From: Diadema setosum
Lineage: Eukaryota
DNA: 64,000 bases
Direction: 5' to 3'
Assembly (NCBI RefSeq): GCF_964275005.1
Contig: NC_092698.1
Location: forward strand, 37,680,597-37,744,596
The translations under genes were made by a program, and so were the position numbers. The notes beneath the pieces are model-generated. The model made no database searches and had not been told where the DNA came from. It saw only the letters and a list, made by a program, of their open reading frames with translations. Below, piece after piece: positions 49,441 through 62,733 of this stretch. Positions within the stretch are counted from its first letter, which is position 1; every line of letters begins with the position of its first letter.

Positions 49441-50250
49441 AACAAAAATCATCTCTTAAATAGAAAAGATCACAGACGATTAAGAAGGAGAAGGGAAAAA
49501 ATGATACTCATGTCGATTAGTGCTCGAATTTTGCAGAACATGATTGATGCCACCTTTCTGCAAGAGCATGGATGGCGTCACTAAGAGCTCCATGGTTTAA
49601 GAAAGGAGATGGAGTGAAAACGAACAGGCTGACGCTGTTCATTCAAGGTCAGAATTAATCGAGAACACTCGGTGAGGAAACGATGAGGATGTAACCGAAG
49701 TACGATGATCTGAAGTAACGCGACTTGACCTTGTACGAGGACAACAGGATTTCCCCGCGTATGGAGAGAGCTGAGCTCGTGCGAAGGGATAAGCAGAGAC
49801 TCGGCAGGGGAGCGAGATGGAGAATGGTGCGAACTTTATTCAGTGCCGTCTTAATTTTTGATTTAATACGAAAATACACATAGGATCTACTGCTCAAAGG
49901 ACATAATTACCTTAAACCTAATACACAACACTCACACACGCATGCACGCAAACACACATGCAGAGTGAACCTCTTTTCGCTTTTAATTTTGTTTTGCTTT
50001 TGTCATTGCGTTTGCTTTTGCTTTTGTTCTTGAGTTTGTTTTAATCTATACACAAGCAGCGTTTACCCAGGACGGGGGGGGGGGGGGGGGTGAAAGATGA
50101 AAGTTGAGAAAATTATTTGCCGTCATGTACAGTTAGATATATATTGAACATGAAAACATGTCCACCGTGTGAAGGCTGACAGCTTTAATCAAACGTCTCA
50201 CTTCAGAGCCTGATGGTGCATATGAGATGTACTTATAGAACTATAGACCA

Positions 50251-50418
50251 GGGGGCATTTCATGAAGGAACTTGTCGGATAAAATGTCCGACAAGTCAAT
50301 TATATCCGACAAGTTCAGAGAAATCAGCCACTCAGACTAAAGAATTTCTCAAAACTTGTCGGATATAATTGACTGGTCAGATATTTTATCCGACAAGTTC
50401 CTTCATGAAATGCCCCCC
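50251..50418. mobile_element. Family-F MITE (~168 bp), TIR GGGGGCATTTCATGAAGGAACTTGTCGGATAAAAT
   Basis: A 35-bp near-perfect TIR: gggggcatttcatgaaggaacttgtcggataaaat ... attttatccgacaagttccttcatgaaatgcccccc. Confidence 0.75.
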
Positions 50419-51550
50419 AGATGATAATTTCAGGGTATGCGATAATTTAGATTCGGAGAAATCATAATTCTCCATGTGGTGTGTTCTTATTGGGCTTTTG
50501 TTCTCTCTTGCCCCTGAACTGAACTACATGCCTCAGCGATGCAATATACAAGATTGTTTGTCATATTGCTGTTATTGTAAACGTACAATGTATTGTATTC
50601 ATGAAACATTTGTCATGACAGAGCAGTATACATAAGACATTGTAAAAACAGGGAAAAATGCGATAGCTTTTCACAATCGGTAAATGATTAGTCGGGCAAT
50701 GATTCACAATCGGAAAATGATAAACAAAGCAGTGCAAACAGTCTTATTATTTGTGAGAAAACCGTGAATATCTTTTCCCTCAAATATTCATGATGTTTTT
50801 CGATTCAACACAGACTCTGCATTGAATGTTATATAGACCTCTATACACTCACTTTAATCTTGGAAGAGAATGTGTTGTTAAAGAACTGATTTTTAGTAAA
50901 CTGTAATAATGTGTCCTCCAGGACAATGGTTAACCTCGACCTTGCGATCGTCTGCTCAATGTTCTCAAAAAGAGGAAGTGTGACCTAGATATTAATCCTA
51001 GGTAGAGGAATAGGAACTTGCTTTAGAAAATTCTTTGCCAACCTTCTTGTGGCTTTGTGATATGCACCACTGTTGGTCTGTGTCTATTTTTTGATTGAAG
51101 AACGGAACATTAGAATTAAAGCGTGAATGAACGAATGCACGAATAGCCTCATAGAATGTTAGCCGCAGCTATGCGGGAATCTTAAAAACAATGGTCTTTG
51201 CTGCTGTACTCATTTTGAACAAACAAACAAATGAGAAAATTATACATCTGAAATAAGACCCTTTTTCCATGTGCATAATGGGTACTCACATTCAAATGAT
51301 AAAGAGTGAAGGTCAGATATAGAGGGAGCTGATTCCTAACATGTATTTTTGTGTGGAAAAAAAAAAAGTGTTGCATATTGTTTCTCATTCATGCCTCTTC
51401 CGTTTAGCTGTTCGGGACGCTTACAAATGCGTTCCTTTGATGTTCATTCTCTAAAAATGTTACTCGCCCTTGGCATAATTTGATCTTATACGTCTGTAAA
51501 TTCCAGGATAAAACCCCTATTTTGGAATCGTTTAAGGCTCACTTAAATAT

Positions 51551-51552
<2 letters not shown>

Positions 51553-51602
<50 letters not shown>
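51553..51602. repeat. (AT)n microsatellite
   Basis: atatatatatatatat... about 48 bp. Confidence 0.9.
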
Positions 51603-51605
<3 letters not shown>

Positions 51606-51816
51606 TATAGAATTTCTAAAAAGAAAGGTAAACTTGCCACTCATTTTCAAAAATGGAAGTTTGAAATCTAAACTGAAACTGTATAATTAACTTAGAGTAT
51701 TTTTGTTACATTTGATATGAAATATTGTATGTATTTTCATTTTGTTATGCTTCATCTTTTTCCTTTATTTTGTGATTCTGTTATTCATTTGATTTTTTTT
51801 TATGTGCATGTATAAG

Positions 51817-51855
51817 CAAGGAGGTACTAGGCGAGGCTCGCCTAGTACCTCCTTG
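51817..51855. repeat. 39-bp perfect palindrome (19-bp arms, 1-nt spacer)
   Basis: The sequence is caaggaggtactaggcgag g ctcgcctagtacctccttg. It is followed by the GGTACC-containing ggtataaggtaccaac. Confidence 0.85.
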
Positions 51856-54007
51856 GTATAAGGTACCAACAATTCTATAACTAAGCCCTTTACGTAGGTT
51901 ACCTACCCTGTGTACGGGGAATCAATTTGCAGGCCATTAAGTGACCCAGAGATTAACATGATATTGACCCCGGCTGTATTAAATTGTTGTCTTCCTTCCT
52001 CTACCGATGAAATCTTTTGACAACACCTCCAAGATGGCAGCTGTGACCAGATCGTATTCAAATTGAAGACGGCATGGTCACTAGTCCAACGCCTACAAAT
52101 GGCGGCACCATCACGTGCCATCGCGTGCGCGCTTTCACAAATTGAAACTCGAGAGATATTTTGCTGGAAATCTAATCAACCAATATGTCAGTTTATATAT
52201 CTCTGATAAGTTTCCTTCCACTTGCTATATCCAGGCCATCAGACAAAACATTCCGAACATCCGCCTGTCGTCTGTCGGTTCTTCTTGCCGCCCTTCCGAT
52301 GTGACTACATGTCAAGACTTCCTCTTGGTATTTTGCTAGGGATTTTATATCTGAAAAGAGACCTTTACCTGGTTTTCCCATTAATAGTACATTGTATCAT
52401 TATTTTGTATTTACATGATACTGAAAAGAAATGATTTTTTTTTTTTCGAAGAATGACATTGATATTGGCTTGCTGAATGCAAGGTTGATTTAAGAGAATG
52501 TTATTTACTAATGACCGTATAAAAAAAGTCTATACGTCTGGAGGTGTGTGGGCCTGCCCAGTTGTCTCTGTATAGTCATTTTTATTCTCCCTATTCAAGC
52601 AAGATGTTAAGACGTTTTTGATAATACAACAATCTGTAGAAGACCGATGAGTGGTGATGGTGGCAATTCACACACAGTCACTTCTAGCATTGGACGAGTT
52701 TGCGGTTCAAGTATAAAGTATATCTTTCAGAGTTTAACGGGTTTAGAATAAAACTTTTGAAAGTTTCAATTGCCGAGTCATACATAAGTTTCTAGGGAAA
52801 GAAAAGAGTACTAGTATATTTCCTTGGGTCGATCATGACCAGATGATGGATTCGTAGAAGAGAAGCCCTTGACACTCTTTATGTTCTCTTTCTCATTTCT
52901 GCAGATTCTGGATTGGTTTCTGTTATGACGGGTGATCCCGTATAAACGGCTGCTGGCGCCACCAAAGCCCCAGATTCTGAAATTCTCGTCAGTCGCACTT
53001 TTCTCCAACGTTGTGCAATTATTGTCTTTATCTTCGTTCACCCGGAAAATCCGTCCGTGTCAACAAGATGGAGCTTCGAGACGTCATAATCGACCTTTTC
53101 AATCTGGACAAAAACATTTCATGCGCTTCCCCGACTCCAATCCACCCCGAAAATAGCTCCTTTTAATGGCATTGTTTTCCATAACCTTATACAGTGGCAC
53201 TCAATCATCTGCACGGGGATTTTTGTCCATAGAGACCCAAAGCGCAGCGATCAGCATGCAAGCAAAATTCGATTGCCCAAGAGATCGGCGTACTGTCCTT
53301 GATGTAACTCAAATTTTATAAAGGTGTTTGTCACTCACTAACGTAAAAGGAATTGACAGAACAATGAGAATTCGCAGAACAGTTACGAGTGACGAAGCCA
53401 AAACAGAACACGTGGGATTGTAGAGCGTCAAGCAAGTTGTTCGATCTAAAATGGAAAATAAACTGTACTGGGATGGGATTTAGTTGGCCATTGCATAGAA
53501 AGATTGATATTTGTAATCATGTCGGGGGGGGGGGGGGCATTGTAAATATGATGTAAAATCAAATATCTTGGAATACCTCGGGCAGAGTTGTGAAGGCATT
53601 TTTCTTTTTTCTCGTCATAGAGAGAAATCAAAAGTGAAAGTTGTTGACATTTTTCGCAGAAAACAAAATGAAGTGTAAATTGCATGTAGGATGTTATACA
53701 ATCACTTGATTGTCATTGTGTTTTTATTGTCGGTTTGGCAAGGCTAAAATTTCGAATCAGCTCCCCCAAAATAAGGTATAATCTGATTGACTGCAGAAAG
53801 TATTGACTAGTAACCCCGCGGCAAATGATTACACACGAACACTGCCCTGTGTAATCTATACATTATTCAGCTCCAACATTTTGGCTATCTGTTACTGGAT
53901 TCCGGGATAAAAAGCCATGGCATGAAAGGTACAAATATAATATTACTCATCCAGACATCTGAGATGGCTTACCTATAGCCTTCCCACTGTCTGGCTCTAC
54001 AATTACG

Positions 54008-54040
54008 ATAATAATAATAATAATAATAATAATAGTGGCT
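54008..54040. repeat. (AAT)n microsatellite; possible 3' tail of the minus-strand LINE at 54610-55655
   Basis: ataataataataataataataataat. Confidence 0.8.
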
Positions 54041-54609
54041 ACTTGTATAGCGCACAGGTCCACTTTTCAGTGCTCATGGCGCTTCAAAAATGAAAAATAT
54101 CATATATTTACATGCATATACATATTCAAACATTTCAACAAAGAAAAAAATGGTAAACAAAAGCAAATATATACCAAATAAAGAATACAACATATATCAA
54201 TTAAAAATACAATATTAATCCAATATTAAAGACATACAGCAATAACAGTCCTCAGTATGAAAGGAACAGATAAGTTTTAAGTTTGGATTTGAATGACTCT
54301 GTAGATGACAGTTCCCTTAAAGGCATAATTTACCATTTGCAGATGAAACAAAAACCCAGCATTAGTGCTTTAAAATAGTTCTAAAATGTGAGTTAGGGAT
54401 AGAAACAACCACTGTCAAAATTTGAATCCGTATAATCGATGTTAAGTGTTGTTAAATACACAAAATGTGAACAATAGTTATAATAAAAATGTTTCTAGAC
54501 TAAAGCGTATACAGTTACGGTTTACTGAGAAAAACCCTGATATCTCCTTTATATTTTAGGTTTTATTGCAAATATTTCATATGGTAGGATGTTTTATGAT
54601 ACAACAGAC

Positions 54610-55655
54610 CTACACATATGCATCAAATGTGATATCTTGAACATTTTTGAAATCACTGCTCCCAAAGGTAAACTGGACCTTTAACTGAAGAGGTAACTGA
54701 TTCCACAATTTTGGTCCCATAACGGAAAAAGCACGATCACCATACCCATGTTTTACTCTGGGTGTTTGGAGTAAGAATGCATCTGATGATGAACGTAGCC
54801 TTCGTGTCGGATTGTATTTTTGAACAGAATTACTTATGTATATTGGGGAAAAAGAATGAACTGAATGATGTACTAATAACAGAATCTTGAAAATAATCCT
54901 TTTTTCTACAGGTAACCAATGTAAGGAACGGAGAACTGGTGACATGGAATCAAACTTATTAGTAAAAGTTAACAATCGGGCAGCAGAATTTTGCAACCGT
55001 TGAAGTTTTGTGACATCTTTTTTTGAAAGATTACACAACAATGAATTCGAAAAATCCAACCGAGAAGAAATCAAAGCATGAATAAGTATCTCAGCTGCAG
55101 ATTTAGACAAATATTTCCTTATGAAACTTAAATTACGCAACTGATATCGAACATTCCGCTGAATATGAGTTACATGACTTCGAAATGACATTTCCTGATC
55201 AAATATGACACCTAAATTACGGGCTGTTTTCGACGGAGTAATGCAAGTGCTACCGATGTTGACATGACATGACTGATAATCAACTTTGCTTAACATATGC
55301 TTTGATCCCAATAACAGAAACTCAGATTTATCATCATTTAGTTTAAGGCCATTGGATGTAAGCCAAATTTTCAGGTCTTGCAAACATGCTTCGAGTTTTA
55401 CAATGGCGGATGACAATGAAGACACAGTGGGTTTAAAAGACAAATAAAGTTGTATATCATCCGCATAACAATGATAACTAATACAATGCTTGCGAAATAC
55501 TTCACTAATTGGTTGCATATACAGAGAAAAAAGCAGCGGGCCTCCAACAGAACCTTGAGGTACACCAAACTTTGTCATAGTTTTACAAGAGGTAGAATCA
55601 CCAATTCTGACATAATGAGATCGATCACATAAGTAGGATATAAACCAATCACCTT
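54610..55655 (-). mobile_element. 5'-truncated non-LTR retrotransposon (L2/CR1-type) ORF2 fragment: RT domain plus C-terminal tail
   Basis: The - strand frame reads ...SYLCDRSHYVRIGDSTSCKTMTKFGVPQGSVGGPLLFSLYM...YADD...LQRLQNSAARLL...LRSLHWLPV...RAFSVMGPKLWNQLP. These motifs are characteristic of L2-clade ORF2, as established for the family. The frame extends upstream of the first Met to about 55653, and there is no endonuclease or N-terminal RT. A possible 3' tail is the (AAT)n tract at 54008-54040. Confidence 0.7.
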
Positions 55656-57456
55656 AGTCACATTAAAAAAGCAAAAATAACAACAACCAAAAAAAAAAAA
55701 ATCCCCTCACCAAGATTTACTTGACAATGACGCGTACAAGTCTGTTATTTCTCCGTGTGTTCTCAAACTTATTGTTATATCTTCAAATGTTTTCTTTGCG
55801 AGTTCCAAAATAATTTCTTGTATGCAGAACATGTCGAAGAACTGCCATGTCGAATCAGTATACAAAAGATTGGTGTCATGGGAACCATGTAGGCTTACGG
55901 AGTCTTATGCCATCAGAAATATATGGGAGTGTATTATATTTCCCTGTTAAACCACTGCTAGCTCGTATCAGGAACAATATAGTATTCCATATAACAATCT
56001 CTTGGAACGCTTGGTGACATTTCAAATGACATCAAAAAGCTAAAAAGCAAATCTTGGTAAAGGCGATTTTTCTGTCGAGATGTCCAGTGGGAGTTGTCCA
56101 CAAAGCATTTAGTGTACAGGTATGTCTTGTTATAATGGCTCATTTTTGTTTTCCAAATGAAAAGTACAACAATCTAACCAACACAACAAAGCATCAAGCT
56201 TTGCAAAGTTACGTTTCGGGTGGCTTATTAGGGGCCAAAGATTGATTCAAGAAAGAGAGAGAATATTGATGATAATGTCTTTATATTTTGTTGTCAAGTT
56301 GGATTCATAATCCAAACAGTCTTATCATACAGTACACGAGGTATCAGTGAATGAACGGATTGAACTTTCATGTACTTTCGGTACGATTTTTCATGAATGT
56401 ACGTCACATAAAGTACAGAGAAGGCCATGTAGAACAACTTGAAGACACTGTACTGCTGAAACCAGTGCTTTTGTAAAAACAAATCATAGTTTTGATTCTT
56501 TGTTTTTTTGTTTTTTGTGTGTTTTTGTTTTGTTTTTGCTTTGTTTTGTTATGTCTAACCAGTATACACTTTTACGTATCTGTTTCTCAGCGGGGGTTTT
56601 ATGAGTAAATGTAACCATGAACCAAGGAGTTACCAGACAACTCCTTGCATGGACCTGCTCCACGTAACGACGCAACTTGATTTCTTACTGACCTGGAGTT
56701 GGCCCCGAGTTGTTAGAAGAAAATAAAAAGTCTTTCTTGTGTTATTTTCCCTGATCGAAACTCCGATTTGATAACAAACAAACTGACCGAATTCATCATG
56801 CTGTGACGTGAAAGCAGCGTGTTCAAATGAACAGCGGAGGATCAAGTTTAGACCTGGTGTGTGGTATTTTTTGTTTTATTCCCTATCCCAACGAAAATGG
56901 CTTTCACGATGCCCCGGATAAATGGTGAATTCCAAGTTGGTCTGGCAGTGCATCTGTGTATGCTTTACTGCGGTTTCCTATGACGAGGCGAATTGGCATG
57001 AATACCAACCCTGAAAATGTCTAGACCAGTCTTCGTCAAGAAGATACCACAGAGAGAAGTTGAGACGCCGAGGAGTAAAATGGTTGGGAGGCCCAACCGA
57101 GTCACAAAATCCTTGAACCGAGGCTATTCAGGTAGCGATCGAAACCCCTTGTCATAAAATGAGACTCATAAACATTCTAACTTGGAATTGTTGACTAGAG
57201 AATTTTACGTTATGATTCTCAAAAGGGCTTTTACGAACTTTCTGTATAGTTTTGTTTATATTCGGTTTACCAAAACTGTTCAAATAACGCGAAGAATGTT
57301 GTTTCTGACGTTGTCCGACAGTGTTCGAGATGGTCTCACATTACTTTAGGTCCCCTATTGGAGAATTGTTTTGATACATTTGAGTCCTACTTGTTTTGGG
57401 TCTTCGATTTTGAATGTAATATGATAGTCATGAGGACTGATGAAGGACCTTATGAC

Positions 57457-58042
57457 TTAAAGGGATTGTATAGGTTTGGTGGAGAGGAGGCTTCAGATTT
57501 GCTTTTTTTTGTGTAAGATAATGAGAAACTACTTACGAAATATGAAAGAACATACAATTCAAAGTATATTTGATGAAAATCGGATTTAAAATGGCTGACA
57601 TATCTAAAAAACAAAGCGGTCCTATGAATGTTGGTTCTAACCTTTATTAGGACCACTTTGTTTTTGGATATCTTAGCCATGCCATTTCAAAACCAATTTC
57701 ATCACATAAACCACTTGTGGAATATGAAAGAACATACAATGTATAAATCCCACGAGGAATTCAAAGTTTAGTTAATGAAAATCGGTTTAAAATGGCTGAG
57801 ATATCCAAAAACAAGTGGTTCTAAGAAAAGGAGAGACCAATCTTTGATTAAGACCACTTTGATTTTTGGATATCTTAGCCATTTCAAAACCAATTTTCAT
57901 CATACAATATCAAATAACCTTTGAATTCCTTAAAATTTTATGCTCTGATATTTTATACGTGGTTTGGCATTATCTTACATCTAACAAAAACAAGTTAAAA
58001 ACCTGAAGCCACATCTCAACCAAAACTACATCATACCTTTAA
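57457..58042. mobile_element. Family-A MITE copy with an internal ~185-bp partial duplication (1.5 copies)
   Basis: It starts ttaaagggattgtatag and ends cctttaa. The segment gaaatatgaaagaacatacaat...aaaatggctga[gc]atatc[ct]aaaaa occurs twice, at 57538 and 57722. Confidence 0.65.
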
Positions 58043-59489
58043 GATAGCTGTCATCAGTTCGCAATATTTGGTAATACTTGTACATCACATCCCCACGTAT
58101 CAAACCATGTTTTGATATTCCACCAGACTGATTTAACACATTCCTCCTGCTGCCGCCCTTCTCACAGTTAGTCTGCTAATACACGACAAATTCCGGCAAT
58201 CAAATTAAGTTCAGAGGATGATGCTTCCAGTCAGCGACCATTCTAATAAACAGATGTAAATAATTTCAAATTGTGTTCACACGTGTTGCTACCTCACCAC
58301 AATTCCACAAAATATGCATGCCATGACAATAGACATTCACAATATTCCTTCAGTGCCCTACCCCAATTCTCCTTTCTCAACCCATTTAAAACTTGATTTT
58401 GATTACAGGGTCTGAATTAAATAACCCCTCTGAGAAGAAACAAAATCTCCTAGCCAGCAAAAACACCAAACTGATCGAAACTTTTGGAATAAATTACATA
58501 AGCTTACTTGCAATGTTCTCCTCTTTACTGTATGTGTTTGCTATTGGAATCAAATGCATATCAATTAAAAGTTAACAAAATAGTTTTTTTTCTATAGTTT
58601 GAAATAGAAATATGCACATGTATATTCACTACAAAATACAACAGTGAAGCACAGAAAAAAAAAAAAAACTAACAGACAGCAAAGTTAGAAGTAATGCAGA
58701 AGAAATTATGTAAAACTTACTGTAAGGTGTTTTTGTTTGTTTTTTTAGTCAATTTGTATCCTATTGCACTTTTATTTTGTAACTGTCTTGTTGCCTTTCA
58801 TTTACACACACACACACACACACACACAAATCATTTAAACAGCTCATTGCCATTAATTTCCTTGAATTGTAATGATGATGAAATACATGTATAACAGCAA
58901 TATGTGATATGAGTAATAGTGGTCATAATAGCAGTTGACTCCAAACTAACCCAGCTGCCAGTAAACTCCACGTGCTGAAAATGAACACAACAAGTTGAAA
59001 AGATGCAGCCACAATTTCTTGCAGTTTATCAAATACTGATTTATTATCAATGGCATATGTATATAGCTGTACATGTATATTGTAAAAATATGATTGTAAC
59101 ATGTAACCTTAAGCAAAATATAAAGACAAGTAATCTGTAGCAACATACAGGTACAATTTACAAGAGCAGCATTACAGAACAATTATGGAAAGATGATATT
59201 AATATCATGGGGTGTATGATGAAGTTGACAAACAAACATTGTCTTTCTTTCCCACAGAAATTATTTTTAGATACCAGTGAAATAGATGTGAAATAGAATC
59301 AGTACATATTTAGTATACCTTCACTGTGACCTTTAACTTTTCATGTCAAAATCATTAACATTTTAAATCATCAAATTTGCAGATAAGACAAAAGAATTCA
59401 CAGAACTTCAAAATTCAGTTTGAAGAGTGAGAGAAGTTGTTGAAAATACTAAATTCAGCAGAGCATGACAACGGATCAAAAATTTTAAC

Positions 59490-59572
59490 AAAATGCCCCC
59501 CCCCCCAAAAAAAAAAAAAAAAAAATCAAAAAAAAAAAAAAAGAAAGAAAGAAAGAAAGAAAAAAGCTGAAC
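59490..59572. repeat. Poly-C / poly-A / (AAAG)n low-complexity tract
   Basis: ccccccccaaaaaaaaaaaaaaaaaaatcaaaaaaaaaaaaaaagaaagaaagaaagaaag. Confidence 0.85.
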
Positions 59573-62500
59573 TTGGCTTGACATACTAAAATCTAAGCTT
59601 GCCTTCTGTTTAATAATGTTGTATGGCAGCTTGTTTTGTTTGAACTGACTAGACACAGATCTGGAAGTAAATTGGTGGAATGTAACAAGGTTACACACTG
59701 AATGTTTCAGCAACTTGTGGTGAAACACAAGTCATGCTCCACTCTCCTGACATCAAAAAGTCAACCAAAATGCTCACCAGCATGTATTGGTTTGTCATTC
59801 TCTCAGAGAGAGAGAAAAAAGAAAGAAAGATGTATTACAATAACAAATATGGTTTGACATTTGAAACTGGGTGAAAGGACTACTGAGCAAGTGGCCTCTT
59901 GTTTCATATTTCCCGTGGTTAAAAGCAACAGAAATCACGTTGTTGGCATTATAAAGAGGAAGTGTGGGCAGAACATGGGTTTAAAAAGAAATAATCCACA
60001 CACTTAAAAATTTAATGCTAATCACATGGTAATCTCAGGGGATTTAGCTAATCCTGTGTCAGACTATAAGGCACATGGAACAAACCACAGCCTGTGTACA
60101 CTCATCATTCTCAACACATGTACGTTTTCACTGCTGGGGAAACAAAGTGCATTTGTCGTCAGAATTTGGACAGCTTGGAATGACTTTCGACAACAGCTGT
60201 TGGTGCGCGACACATGAATGAAACATTCAAAGGCACTTTGTTTTCTGAGTGGAATCACTGGAATGAATCGTATGAATACAATGCCTCGTTTATAAATCTT
60301 TAGTAAGAATCCTCCTTGCGGTGGGTTAGATGCAACTCAGAATACAACAAAGACGACACATCACAATGTTTATTGTTTAGTCAAGTATTGATACTTCTTT
60401 CCAGATTGACTCATTACTCTTTAATGTTAAACCTGGATGGTTTCTTTTAGACCAACGAGGAGTAATATTTTGAACAACACATTTTTGAAATGTTCAAATC
60501 AATCTAATCTGTAAACAAATTTTAACAAAGACATACATGACCAGATAAAAGCAAGATATCTTGAAAAAGGGAGAGGTTGCAAGCTGAAGTAGCCAACTTT
60601 ATGTACTCATTAAGGGAATCTTTAATCAAGTGACTTCACTGAAAAATGAAATAGAATCTTACCATTGATAAATAGATAGACTCATGTACTATTATGAAAC
60701 ACAACTTTTCAAAGAGAAGAATGTTACAAGCTGGTTTGTTAAGATCCTACATTTAATGCATATGATATATTTGTCAAAAGCATATTACATCCGCAAGCAT
60801 GAGAATGATATTAGGCACAAAACTTCAAAAAATTGCACGAGATATACATATTTTCATCTTCAAGGTAAAAAATAAACTTGTCTGCATCACACTGCAAAAT
60901 TACATCTTGCATGAATTACATTTAGTTTGAACACTACACATTACAATGCCTTTCAGTGAGCACTATACAACCTTGTATCTGATATCAGACTGACAAAGGG
61001 TTGATAAAATCTCTTTTTGTCTCTGCGCACTTCAAGAACACAGAAGTGATTAACCATGAAACTTCAGCATGCTACAGCCATTTTCTCTTTTTGTTTTGAT
61101 TTTGAAAATAACTTCTCTTTCAGCCAAATCTGGATGGTTTTAAAATGAAACTCAATATGTACATTCTCACTGCCAGAACTATAGTACTGTTTATATTTCA
61201 AAATCAATCGTATAATATTACTTGGAAAAGCTATCGGTTCTCATTGTCACATATATCGCAGAGTAATTCTAGATGGTTACAAAAGGGGGAAATCAAAAAA
61301 CAAATAGATTGCTCAGTCAGCTAAGAAGATTATCTTTCATAGAAATTCCTTTAAAGTGGCAAACAAAACACTGATCAATAAGAGCAGGTAAATTATAAAA
61401 CTTAAGCATACCATTTCAATGAACAATATTCATGGAGTTTTATAAAGGGGAAAATATTTTAAGACAGAGATGGATTGCTCAATGAACAAAATATATTTCC
61501 TTTCATGGAAATTTTCTTTACAGTGACAAACAAAACACAAATAAATAAAACCAGATGAATTTAAAAACTAATCCTTAGATCATATCACTGATCAAAATTC
61601 ATGAACTGGTACCAAAGGCATCATTGTCTCACACTGCAAGAAGTATGGTACAGTCAACCTTGCCTAACTCAAATCTATTTGGACTGAAGAAATAGCTTCG
61701 ACTTATGGAAATTTGACTTACAAGGGATTAAAATCAATAGAATATGAAGAGAAGAGGACTTGAAGAGACCTTCAACTTAGGCTATCATTTGACTTATGTG
61801 AGGTCAACTTAAGCAAGGTGAACTGTACTTCCAAGTTATACTCACTCTTTGTACATATTTACATGATATGCCAAATTGAGTGAAGCAAGATGTCTTCAAC
61901 AGGGAAAATGTACCAAAATAGCAAATATCAAACTGGCAACATATCCCTTCCAATGACATACACTTGAAATTTAAGAGGATTTTGGAATTTGGAAATTTCA
62001 AAAAGAACTCATGAAGACCTATTCAATTTTGAAAAAGAAAAATTTCAAATATGATATTATGTACATCAGGCACAGCTATCATGAAATGGTGGGTTTCTCA
62101 AGGCACTGCTTAAAGAACACTAAAAATTTATGTTGAAAAATTATTTGGATTTTTTTTTCTTCAGAAAGATATTCCATTAGTATTTTCCATTACTCAAAAG
62201 ATGTAGACAAGTGATTCAATGTATCATCTCTGAATTTGTGTTGCATAAATAGCTTTCAACCAACGCGATCATTAAAAGTATAAATTTGTACATGTCAATC
62301 ATAAAAGACAATACTGTACATTGCAATTGATTATAAAGCATAGGAGGTACAGTAATGTTCTGTGCTATGATCCACAGATTTTTCTTACCAGAAGAAAACC
62401 TGTGTGCTCAATAAAAATTTTTCACAAGTAAAAATTGCTTCCAGCATTGTTCCCTATCAAAGCACGAAAGTTGGAAAGCTGTGTTTGGTGTGTTTGTTTG

Positions 62501-62733
62501 TTCAGTTTCCATACCAATATGAGAGATATTCTACTGACTAAAACAGTTCACTAGCCAAAGCAATGTGCAGCTTCCTCTGGAAGAGGTTCACCTAGGACAT
62601 TGTTGTTACTCTCAAAATATACACGAATGTGACATACATGTATGTATCCCAATACCATTATGAGATCATGGATGTGAAACAGGTGGTAAACTTCCCATAG
62701 TTGCAGTGTACTCTATAACCTCTGTGAAGAATA

